64,000 nt of DNA from Alphaproteobacteria bacterium. Lineage in GTDB: Bacteria > Pseudomonadota > Alphaproteobacteria > UBA7887. The stretch spans positions 4,448,001 to 4,512,000 of the forward strand of contig CBDCGL010000011.1 in assembly GCA_965216755.1 (NCBI GenBank), given 5' to 3'. Below the pieces are notes generated by a model. It ran no database searches and had not been told where the DNA came from. It saw only the letters and a list, made by a program, of their open reading frames with translations. The position numbers and the translations under genes were made by a program. Position 1 is the first letter of the stretch. Each line of letters opens with the position of its first letter. Shown piece after piece: positions 8,263-16,533 of the stretch.

Positions 8263-11256
8263 TTAACCGACAGCGCCCATGATGTGGGTCAGTCCGGTCG
8301 ACACCCGGCGCACAAGATCATAAAGCCGGTACAGCGGCACGAACAATTCACGATGTTCCTTGTCGTAGCCCTGTTCGACATCGGTGCGATAGGTCGCCGG
8401 CTCACCGAAGGCATCGCCGGCAACCGGTTCGACCGCGGCCGGGAAGGCGCGGCGCAGAACCTCTAGTGCACGATCGACATCAAGCTGCAACAAGTCGGTG
8501 ACCACATCATGGGTGGTGGCGTCGGGTTGGCTTGAAAACCGAGGAATGCGGACGGCCAACAGGAATATTTCCTGGACGAGCGCGATACGTAACGCGTGCA
8601 GCAAAGCCAAATCGGCACGACAGGCTTCTACGATCGATGGCAGAGTCTTGGCAGCGTTGATGGCGTCGAAGCCCGCGCGCAAGTCAATCATGTCGGCAAA
8701 GAATGTGCGCATGACGCGATTGAGGCACTCATGACGCTGCGTTTCCTCCAAGAGCCGTGCCAACCGACGCATTTCTTGGGCGCGGCGCGGCTCGTCGGTG
8801 GTGAAGGCGCGCCGTAGCCAAGATACCGGGTTGAGCAGGGCGACATAGGCGCCCAATACGTCGAGGCTACTTAGCCGCTCCGCATGACGGACCAAGGACA
8901 TGATCCGTCGGCAACGGTCTGAGCCTTGATGGACCTCAACAAACCGATCCAGGTCGCGCGCGATCGCACGGCCAACGCCGCCGATACTGTTCGCCAGTAG
9001 TCCCGATTGCTGCAAAATCGAATTGTGTGGAATTGCCCGCATTTGCGTCGGATGGGCGTGGTCGATTCCGGCGATGGAATCGTGCTGGCGCCGCACCCGG
9101 CGTGATCCGGTCGGATACAAAAGATTGGTGCCAAAGGCATTCAACAAGACAGCATAGTCCGGATCGTCCATCATCCGTTCGTTGAACGTTTTGGCGGTAA
9201 TAAAGAACTCCAGCGAATAGTCGGTGTCGCGATAGAAAACATCATCGTGCGCGCCAGGCGGTGCCGCGCTCAGTCCATGTTCAAGCAAGCGACATACGGT
9301 TGCAAAGGCGATCGTGGGTGTCGTGAAATAGACATAGCCATCTCCGCCCTGAAAGCTGAGTTCCTGTTTGACGGGCAGCTTGTCGTGGGCGAATTGTGCG
9401 CGGCTGGCCGGCGTGGCGACGTAGTCGAGGCGGTCACGAAACGAAACCGGATGGGCGCCTCGACCGATCGACTCACCGTGGGTGTCAAAAATCACCAACT
9501 CGATCGATTGCCCATCGGCGGCGCGGATGTCGGCTTGCGTCAGTGCCCGGCCTACTTTGATACGTAACCGTTCAATGGCTAACGAAGCCGCAATTTGGCC
9601 CGACATGCGCCCAGCATCGGAAAAGCCGGTTTGAATCGCGATGCGGCCGCGCTGTTGCACATAGGCCCGATAATGTGGGTTGCCGAGCAGTTCGGCGACA
9701 ATGTCATGACCATGTTCCAGTGCGCGCGGCGTTTCAAATAGTGGCGAAATGTCGATGCGATCTTCAATGCCAAACAGCTTGGCAAAATAGAGCGCCGCCA
9801 GCGGCACAAAGGCGGAATCGGTTTCGGCGATCAGAAAACGAATTGGAGTCTCCGAATCGGCGAATTTCAACATTTGTGCGACCAGCATGAACAGACGCTT
9901 GGCCGACGTGCGTTCGGTCATCACCGAGCCGAAATTGATGGTCTGGGGCTGCACGCCGTCAAGCAGCTCGTTGAGGTGGCGCAGGTCACGGCGCCGACTG
10001 CCTGGGTCGTCGGGTGTCGTGTCGACGGGCATGTGGCGGCGCACCGCGTTTTCAATTTGAGTGGCGTTCAGGCGGACGTGGGTGTGCGCGACGCCGATGC
10101 CGTATATGGTCATTTCCGCGCGCAACACAGCCAACCGGCGTTGATGGCTGTGCGGCGGATTGAGGCTGATCACGCGTGACAGTAACGCCGTGAGCTCATG
10201 GGCGTTGATCAACCGGGAGTCGCTGTTTTCCGCCATTTGCCGCGCGAAGGCCTGAACCTCTTCTGGATCGTCGGCGTCGTCGGGCAGGGCGGCAATGTCT
10301 TCCTCCACGATCCGCAGGGCCAGAACCAGGCGGCTCTCGATCAGCTTCAGGTTGGGGCTGATATCCGCATCAAGTGCGTCATCGCCGTCCATGCTGGCAA
10401 TGATTGTGCGCACTTCGCCGAGAAAATGTTGATGTTGCAGGACGGCGACACGAAGCCGTGCGCGCAAGGTGTCGGTCCAGCGAATATCGGCGCGTCCGTC
10501 CAGGTCATAGCCGACCCAACTGGCGACGGTAAGCGGTGCCGGAACGAGGTCAGTCCACGTGTCCGGATAGGCGTCGGCCGCGACGCCAAACAACACGTCC
10601 AATGCGCGGCGCACCGCATCTTGAATATTGGCTATGGCACGTAGCGCGAAGTCTTGTTCAGTCGCTAAGTCGAGCGGTGCGCGGCGGCCGTGCCGGCGCG
10701 CCGCAGTCCGCGCCAGAATCGCATCACGGTCGGAGTCGTTCAGGGCTTTACCCTTTACGTCAGAGTCGGTGGCTAGCTGGACCAAGTCCTCCGTCAGGCC
10801 TTCCGACATGCCGAAAGTCGGATGTGCCGTGATCACGATTCCCAAGGCGGCTCGCGAGGCTTGCCGTGCAAATTGTTGAAACGACAAAGATTTCCCTTTG
10901 CCGTCACGCGTCAAGCCTTCAAACAACTTTTGTAGTTGTCGGGTGTTGTGGGTCAGCCGGGTCTCGCCGAGATAGGCACCTAATCGTGTCGCCCGAAACC
11001 GAAAGGCACGCAGGTTGAGCAGGCGAACCAGGCCATCAAGGTCGTCGAGACTGACCGCGCCGGTTTCGAATCGCCGTGAAATATCTAGCGCCAGCCGCTC
11101 TACGGGGTTCTGATAGGGATTGTCAGCCGCCTCAGCGTGATAATCGTCAAGGGCGGTGCTGAGCGCGGTTCGCAACGTTTCAGCCGGGGCTGTGTCGGCG
11201 CGATCCTGTTTGGTCTTGTTCGATGGTTTCCGGGAGGTCGGGCTTTTCGCGGGCAT
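8263..11256 (-). CDS. ppc: Phosphoenolpyruvate carboxylase, divergent type
   Basis: VITAHPT, SWVGYDLDG, PLFET, QTGFSDAGR, GESIGRG, MRAIP. Start chosen at ATG 11256, after an aggaaagg RBS. Confidence 0.8.
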   Translation of the reverse strand: MPAKSPTSRKPSNKTKQDRADTAPAETLRTALSTALDDYHAEAADNPYQNPVERLALDISRRFETGAVSLDDLDGLVRLLNLRAFRFRATRLGAYLGETRLTHNTRQLQKLFEGLTRDGKGKSLSFQQFARQASRAALGIVITAHPTFGMSEGLTEDLVQLATDSDVKGKALNDSDRDAILARTAARRHGRRAPLDLATEQDFALRAIANIQDAVRRALDVLFGVAADAYPDTWTDLVPAPLTVASWVGYDLDGRADIRWTDTLRARLRVAVLQHQHFLGEVRTIIASMDGDDALDADISPNLKLIESRLVLALRIVEEDIAALPDDADDPEEVQAFARQMAENSDSRLINAHELTALLSRVISLNPPHSHQRRLAVLRAEMTIYGIGVAHTHVRLNATQIENAVRRHMPVDTTPDDPGSRRRDLRHLNELLDGVQPQTINFGSVMTERTSAKRLFMLVAQMLKFADSETPIRFLIAETDSAFVPLAALYFAKLFGIEDRIDISPLFETPRALEHGHDIVAELLGNPHYRAYVQQRGRIAIQTGFSDAGRMSGQIAASLAIERLRIKVGRALTQADIRAADGQSIELVIFDTHGESIGRGAHPVSFRDRLDYVATPASRAQFAHDKLPVKQELSFQGGDGYVYFTTPTIAFATVCRLLEHGLSAAPPGAHDDVFYRDTDYSLEFFITAKTFNERMMDDPDYAVLLNAFGTNLLYPTGSRRVRRQHDSIAGIDHAHPTQMRAIPHNSILQQSGLLANSIGGVGRAIARDLDRFVEVHQGSDRCRRIMSLVRHAERLSSLDVLGAYVALLNPVSWLRRAFTTDEPRRAQEMRRLARLLEETQRHECLNRVMRTFFADMIDLRAGFDAINAAKTLPSIVEACRADLALLHALRIALVQEIFLLAVRIPRFSSQPDATTHDVVTDLLQLDVDRALEVLRRAFPAAVEPVAGDAFGEPATYRTDVEQGYDKEHRELFVPLYRLYDLVRRVSTGLTHIMGAVG

Positions 11257-11408
11257 CGCGCCTTTCCTTTTTGGCCGTGGCCACAACGATGAAGAAAGTC
11301 CGTCAGCGTCTGACGGTAGCATATGCTGCGACGCACAAAAGACCAAGGCCGTACGGACGCGGCGCGGCCCTCTTGACCGGCATGGGCCAGCTACGCTCAT
11401 ATGACACG

Positions 11409-11960
11409 ATGACAGACGAACCACAGATCCGCGATGTTCTCGACTTTTGGTTTTCGCCGGACGTCAAAGCGCAATGGTGGAAACCGGAAGAGGGGTTCGA
11501 CGACTTATGTCGCGAACATTTCGCCGCCCTTCATGGCCGGGCGGCTTCCGGCGCATTGGATGCCTGGGCCGAAACGGCGGACGGCGCTTTGGCGCTGGTG
11601 ATCCTGCTCGACCAGATTCCACGCAATATCCACCGCGGGACGCCGGGGGCTTTTGCCACCGACGCAAAGGCACGCATCGTCGCCGAGGCTGTCATCGACA
11701 AAGGCTTGCATGAATTGCAGCCGACCGGTCGCCGTGTCTTTTACTTTATGCCTTTCGAGCACAGCGAGGACTTGGCTGATCAAGAGCGTTCAGTGGCGCT
11801 GATGAAAACCCTCGGGGACGAGGGCTGGAACGGCTATGCCCAACAGCATCGCGATATCGTCGCCCGTTTCGGCCGTTTTCCCCATCGTAATGCGATCTTG
11901 GGGCGGGAAAGCACGCCGGAAGAGATCGAATTCCTGAAGCAGCCCGGCTCGTCGTTTTAG
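11409..11960 (+). CDS. DUF924 family protein
   Basis: VLDFWF, LALVILLDQIPRNIHRGT..AFATD, FYFMPFEHSEDL, HRDIVARFGRFPHRNAILGREST. Confidence 0.92.
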   Translation: MTDEPQIRDVLDFWFSPDVKAQWWKPEEGFDDLCREHFAALHGRAASGALDAWAETADGALALVILLDQIPRNIHRGTPGAFATDAKARIVAEAVIDKGLHELQPTGRRVFYFMPFEHSEDLADQERSVALMKTLGDEGWNGYAQQHRDIVARFGRFPHRNAILGRESTPEEIEFLKQPGSSF

Positions 11961-12160
11961 CGCGGATTGGCCGGGGGCGATGCTTCTGTGGCGCCAGATC
12001 CGCGCTGCAGCTCGAGCCATTTGCTGACCCCGACAGCACCACCAAACAGCACCAATACGGCCACGAACCCGACGACAAAGATCTTGGTGCGGCGATCGCC
12101 GGCATGGGCCGACGACCCGTCTTCGCGGTGTTTGGCGTCCGGCAGATGTGAACTTGCCAT
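11957..12160 (-). CDS. 67-aa single-pass membrane protein homologous to the TM segment of the cyclase at 4983-6869
   Basis: RBS gaagggggac before ATG 12160. AGDRRTKIFVVGFVAVLVLFGGAVGVSKW versus the cyclase's AGDRRTKMFVIGFVLVLVAFAGAVGISKW. Confidence 0.75.
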   Translation of the reverse strand: MASSHLPDAKHREDGSSAHAGDRRTKIFVVGFVAVLVLFGGAVGVSKWLELQRGSGATEASPPANPR

Positions 12161-12316
12161 GCTGTCCCCCTTCGCGCGCTCATTATGGTGGCTTTGGCCC
12201 ACTGCGGCCAAGGCCAATTGTGGTCTGGCTGGGTGAGCGTGTATTGGGGGAAGGGAGTGGGTGTGGTTGGTAAATAAAAATACCGCCAATCAATGTAGTC
12301 AATAAGTTGGGATCGC

Positions 12317-12340
12317 AATATGTGATCACTATTACATATT
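12317..12340. promoter_or_regulatory. CRP/FNR-family (CRP-type) box 1
   Basis: aataTGTGAtcactaTTACAtatt: TGTGA-N6-TCACA with one mismatch, with palindromic AT flanks. Confidence 0.6.
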
Positions 12341-12384
12341 TATATACAACTTTAATAAAATAACACTCCACTTTCCCTCAATTG

Positions 12385-12400
12385 TGTGACCACCATTACA
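12385..12400. promoter_or_regulatory. CRP-type box 2
   Basis: TGTGAccaccaTTACA, a near copy of box 1 located 64 bp downstream. Confidence 0.55.
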
Positions 12401-12482
12401 TAAAACTTTATTGAATAATTACGCACCTTCCGCCAAATTACTTCTCGATTGCTGTTGGGTTTTTCGGAAGGGACTTCGCAAA

Positions 12483-14318
12483 ATGTTCGCTCTGCGCAAA
12501 AAGAATTTCGATGACAATCCGGGCCGTGACGCCGCCGTCAATGATCGCCTCAATCGCCTCGCCGAACGCGCCCATGCCGTTCAGGTCGCCCGCGCCGAAT
12601 TGGCCGCCAAAGCCCAGTCTCACGACACACACAATGTCGAGACCGCGCCCCACGCCAACATCTCTGGCGCCAACCCGGTCTCCATGCCGGCCCCAGAAGC
12701 GCCGGTCGCCGATCACACCCCGGCCGTAGACGCCGCGCCCGCGCCCGCCACCGTCTCCCTCGCCGAGGCCGAGGATCTTGAAGTTCGCGCCGCCATGCTC
12801 GCCCAGGAGCGCGATCTCATGGCCCAGGTCATGGCCGTCGCCGACAGCTCGGTCACAGGTCCCGCACCTCAGGCCGCCGCACCGGCACCCGCCGCCGACA
12901 CGGCCCACAAGCCCCATCCGCGCCGCCGCGCCGCCGACCAGCTCGCCACCTTGGCCCCCAATGCCGAGGCCACAGGCGCCGACACCAGCACCAATCTGCC
13001 CGCCGTCGCCAATGCCGCCCCCGTAACCGCCGCCAAACCCCGCGCCAAGCGCATCTCACCCGTCGTCCAAGACCTCCAAGAGCGCGTCCAGCTCACCCTC
13101 ATGGAGCGCATCGACGCCGAGAAAGCCCTGACACTGGTGCGCGACGACCTGATCCGCCAGATCACAGATCTGGTCGCCGAGATCGTCGATGAAATGGGCG
13201 TCGTCCTCAACGGCTCCGAGCTCGACCAACTGGTCGACGTGCTGGTCGACGAAATGATCGGCTTGGGCCCGCTCGAGCCCTTGCTCGCCGACGAGGCCAT
13301 CACCGACATCATGGTCAATGGCTGCAACCGGGTTTACGTCGAACGTGGCGGCAAGCTCGAGCGCACCAATGTCAGCTTCCGCGATGACGAACAGCTGATG
13401 CAGATCGCCACCCGCATCGCCACCGCCATCGGCCGCCGCATCGACCGCTCACAGCCTTTGGTCGATGCCCGCCTCGTCGACGGCAGCCGCGTCAATATCA
13501 TCATTCCGCCGCTCGCCATCGACGGCCCATCGATCTCGATCCGTAAGTTCTCCCAGCACACCATCACCCTCGATCAGATGGCGTCGCAGGGCAATATCTC
13601 CCCGGCCATGGCCGTGGTCTTGAAAATCGCCGCCCGCTCGCGCCTCAACATCCTGATCTCAGGCGGTACCGGCTCCGGTAAAACCACCCTGCTCAACGCC
13701 ATGTCGCAGCTGATCGACAATGACGAGCGCATCGTCACCATCGAGGACGCCGCCGAATTGAAACTCCAGCAGGACCATACCGTGCGCTTGGAGACCCGGC
13801 CCGCCAATCTCGAAGGCCAGGGCGAGATCACCATGCAGGACTTGGTCAAAAATGCCCTGCGTATGCGCCCCGACCGGATCATCCTGGGTGAGACCCGTGG
13901 CGGCGAGGCGATCGACATGCTGCAGGCCATGAACACAGGCCATGACGGCTCCTTGTCGACCATCCACGCCAACCGCCCGCGCGAGGCCTTGACCCGGCTC
14001 GAGAACATGGTCGCCATGGCCGGCCTCAATCTGCCCTCGCGCGCCGTGCGCACCCAGATCACCGAGGCCATCGACTTGATCGTGCAGGTCCAGCGCATGC
14101 GCGACGGTGTCCGCCGCGTAACCTCGATCCTGGAGATCGTCGGCATGGAAGGCGACATCATCACCGCCCAGGAGCTGTTCAAGTTCGAATATGACGGTGA
14201 CGATGAATCGGGCCGTATCACCGGCAACTTCGTCGCCTCCGGCCTGCAACCCAAGTTCCTCGAAAAGGCCCGCTATTTCGGCCTCGATCGGGCCCTGCAG
14301 GACGCCATGGGCGTCTAG
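12483..14318 (+). CDS. cpaF: CpaF/TadA pilus assembly ATPase with a long Ala/Pro-rich N-terminal extension
   Basis: GLGPLEPLLADEAITDIMVNG, PLVDARLVDGSRVN, Walker A GGTGSGKTT, TIEDAAEL, ALRMRPDRIILGETRG, AMNTGHDGSLSTIHAN. Start at ATG 12483, after ggaaggga. Confidence 0.92.
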   Translation: MFALRKKNFDDNPGRDAAVNDRLNRLAERAHAVQVARAELAAKAQSHDTHNVETAPHANISGANPVSMPAPEAPVADHTPAVDAAPAPATVSLAEAEDLEVRAAMLAQERDLMAQVMAVADSSVTGPAPQAAAPAPAADTAHKPHPRRRAADQLATLAPNAEATGADTSTNLPAVANAAPVTAAKPRAKRISPVVQDLQERVQLTLMERIDAEKALTLVRDDLIRQITDLVAEIVDEMGVVLNGSELDQLVDVLVDEMIGLGPLEPLLADEAITDIMVNGCNRVYVERGGKLERTNVSFRDDEQLMQIATRIATAIGRRIDRSQPLVDARLVDGSRVNIIIPPLAIDGPSISIRKFSQHTITLDQMASQGNISPAMAVVLKIAARSRLNILISGGTGSGKTTLLNAMSQLIDNDERIVTIEDAAELKLQQDHTVRLETRPANLEGQGEITMQDLVKNALRMRPDRIILGETRGGEAIDMLQAMNTGHDGSLSTIHANRPREALTRLENMVAMAGLNLPSRAVRTQITEAIDLIVQVQRMRDGVRRVTSILEIVGMEGDIITAQELFKFEYDGDDESGRITGNFVASGLQPKFLEKARYFGLDRALQDAMGV

Positions 14319-14449
14319 CCGCCACACCCAAACCGCAGCACACAATCGCAAGGATTACCGCGCAGCCGATAACCAAAAACAACCCTTATCCCCGACGTTC
14401 GGCAACCCCTCAGCACCACGTCCCTTCCCATACCGTTCGTCGGGACCTC

Positions 14450-14490
14450 GCCCCGTTCCCCCTAGCAATCAGGGAACGGGGCTTTTCTTT
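14450..14490 (+). terminator. Rho-independent terminator after cpaF
   Basis: gccccgttccc / gggaacggggc stem followed by ttttcttt. Confidence 0.75.
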
Positions 14491-14523
14491 CACAGCACCC
14501 GCCGATAACACCTTCCGTATTAA

Positions 14524-14605
14524 GGTGACAGTTTACTAAATATACGAAATATGGTGCTCGAAATACCAATCACACCGTATATCGTATATTTAGTAAACTG
14601 TCACC
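14524..14605. repeat. 33-bp inverted repeat hairpin (REP/REPIN- or MITE-like)
   Basis: ggtgacagtttactaaatatacgaaatatggtg ...16 nt... caccgtatatcgtatatttagtaaactgtcacc. 31/33 match, outer 24 bp perfect. Confidence 0.8.
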
Positions 14606-14612
14606 GGAATGC

Positions 14613-15443
14613 TTATAGGGTTGGGCCGGGTTCCACCAAGCCGTGGCGGGTGAGTTCCGTAACCAAATACTCAAACGCGTCGTCGACCGAATCGGTGCGA
14701 TGAAAAATATCCAAATCGGCCGGGTCGATCGTGCCGTAGCGGGCGAGGGCGTCGAAGTTGATGACCGAGTCCCAATATTCGGTGCCGAACAAAATGGTCG
14801 GCAACGGTTTCTTGATTTTGCCGGTTTGGATCAGCGTGAGCAGCTCGAAGATCTCGTCCAAGGTACCGAAGCCCCCGGGCATGACCACCACGGCCTTGGC
14901 AAGATAATTGAACCAGTATTTGCGCATGAAGAAATAGTGGAACTCCAATGCCAATTGGCGCGTGATATATTCATTAGGAAACTCATTGGTGTCGATCGAT
15001 ATTGTCAGTCCGACATTTAACCCCTTGGCCTCGGACGCGCCGCGGTTGGCCGCTTCCATGATGCCCGGGCCGCCGCCGGTACAAATCACAAAACGTCGGT
15101 TGTTGCCTTTCAATTCCTTCGACCATTCGGTCAACCGTCGCGCCAGCTCGCGCGCATCTTCGTAATAGCGCGCCATGGTCACGTCCATGCGGGCCTTTTC
15201 GACATCGCCGCCGTTGGCTTCGGCGTCTTTAAGCGCTGCCGTGGCGACATCCACAGGCAGGGTGCGGGCCGAGCCTTGAAATACGATCGTGTCGGCGATT
15301 TGTTGGTCGCGAAACCGCGCTTCGGGCTCCAGATATTCGGCCAGAATACGCAGCGGCCGCGCGTCGCGGCTATTGATGAAGTCTTCATTGCGATAGGCCT
15401 TGATCGGGCGTACGACACCGTTCGGAAACGTCTCGTCATCCAT
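14613..15443 (-). CDS. LOG family phosphoribohydrolase (Rossmann-fold, TIGR00730-like)
   Basis: ICTGGGPGIMEAANRGA, FHYFFMRK, PGGFGTLDE. Confidence 0.9.
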   Translation of the reverse strand: MDDETFPNGVVRPIKAYRNEDFINSRDARPLRILAEYLEPEARFRDQQIADTIVFQGSARTLPVDVATAALKDAEANGGDVEKARMDVTMARYYEDARELARRLTEWSKELKGNNRRFVICTGGGPGIMEAANRGASEAKGLNVGLTISIDTNEFPNEYITRQLALEFHYFFMRKYWFNYLAKAVVVMPGGFGTLDEIFELLTLIQTGKIKKPLPTILFGTEYWDSVINFDALARYGTIDPADLDIFHRTDSVDDAFEYLVTELTRHGLVEPGPTL

Positions 15444-15533
15444 GGCTCGCGTCCATTCTTCATTGCCGTCAGGTCAAGTGGGCGGGTGCCCCAAGCAGTG
15501 TTGCCGGCTTCCGGTTAAGCGACTGTAAATGGC

Positions 15534-16484
15534 TTAGCTTTGGGCGGCGGCGCGTTGTTCCTCGCGCAGGATCTCGAGGGCCATGCGCAATAGGCGTTTG
15601 GTCGACGCATCGGTCATGAAGCCGGCATGGGCGGTTAGCGTCACATTGGGCATGGCGGCCATCGGATGGTCGGCGGTCAATGGTTCACTCTGGAACACAT
15701 CCAAGCCCGCATGGCCGATGTGACCGGATCGCAGTGCGGCGCAAAGGGCCGCTTCATCGATCAGTCCACCTCGCGCGGTATTGATCAGCAACGCGCCGGA
15801 CCGCATGGTCGCAATGCGCCGCTGATCGAGAAAGCCTTGCGTCTCGTCCGTGAGCGCCAAATGCAAGGACACCACATCCGCGCCTGCCAGCAGGTCATCC
15901 AAGGGCACCGCTCGGCACGGCAACCCATCTGCGACGCCGCTGCGGTTCCATGCCAAGACGGTCATGCCGAGCGCGGCGCCGAGACGCACCATTTCACGGC
16001 CGATGCCACCTGTCCCAACCACTCCGAGGGTTTTGCCGGCAAGCTCCAGTCCGTCCAGGGTTTGCCAATGGCCTGTACGGAGATCGCGATCCATGGTGGC
16101 GACTTGGCGGGCGGCGGCGAACATCAACGCGACGGCATGCTCGGCTACGGTGCGATCGCCATAGCCACGTATTGTTCGCACGCGAATGTTTTGTCCATCC
16201 GCGGCCGCCAAGTCGACGTAGCTCGACGCGCCGGTTCCCATGAAGACGATCACGCGCAGCTGCGGCGCGGCCGCCAAGATCTCCGCGGTCAACATGGTAT
16301 GGTCGAGCACGGCAAAGGTGCAGTCAGCGAGTAGCGCTTTGGCTTCCTTCGGCGTCGGGTCGCCGGTCAACAGCTCAAGTGACGGTGCGATGGCGCGCAG
16401 CTCGTCATCGTAAAAGCCGGCCATAAAGGGCGGGCAGTCGATAAATCGGGCGACGGGCTGGGCGCACATCGGTTGTCGGTCCAC
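15534..16484 (-). CDS. D-isomer specific 2-hydroxyacid dehydrogenase
   Basis: GKTLGVVGTGGIG, DVVSLHL, LINTARGGLIDE, GLDVFQSEP, TAHAG. Confidence 0.9.
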   Translation of the reverse strand: MDRQPMCAQPVARFIDCPPFMAGFYDDELRAIAPSLELLTGDPTPKEAKALLADCTFAVLDHTMLTAEILAAAPQLRVIVFMGTGASSYVDLAAADGQNIRVRTIRGYGDRTVAEHAVALMFAAARQVATMDRDLRTGHWQTLDGLELAGKTLGVVGTGGIGREMVRLGAALGMTVLAWNRSGVADGLPCRAVPLDDLLAGADVVSLHLALTDETQGFLDQRRIATMRSGALLINTARGGLIDEAALCAALRSGHIGHAGLDVFQSEPLTADHPMAAMPNVTLTAHAGFMTDASTKRLLRMALEILREEQRAAAQS

Positions 16485-16496
16485 TCCCTTGCAAGC

Positions 16497-16533
16497 CGCC
16501 TAGCTATCAACGGTCGCCTAGCTATCAACGGTC
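16497..16533. repeat. 18-bp tandem duplication spanning the korB stop codon
   Basis: cgcctagctatcaacggt occurs twice head to tail. Confidence 0.85.

Noticed and set aside
12231-12261. G-quadruplex-like G tracts
   Set aside because: One loop is long and there is no other support.
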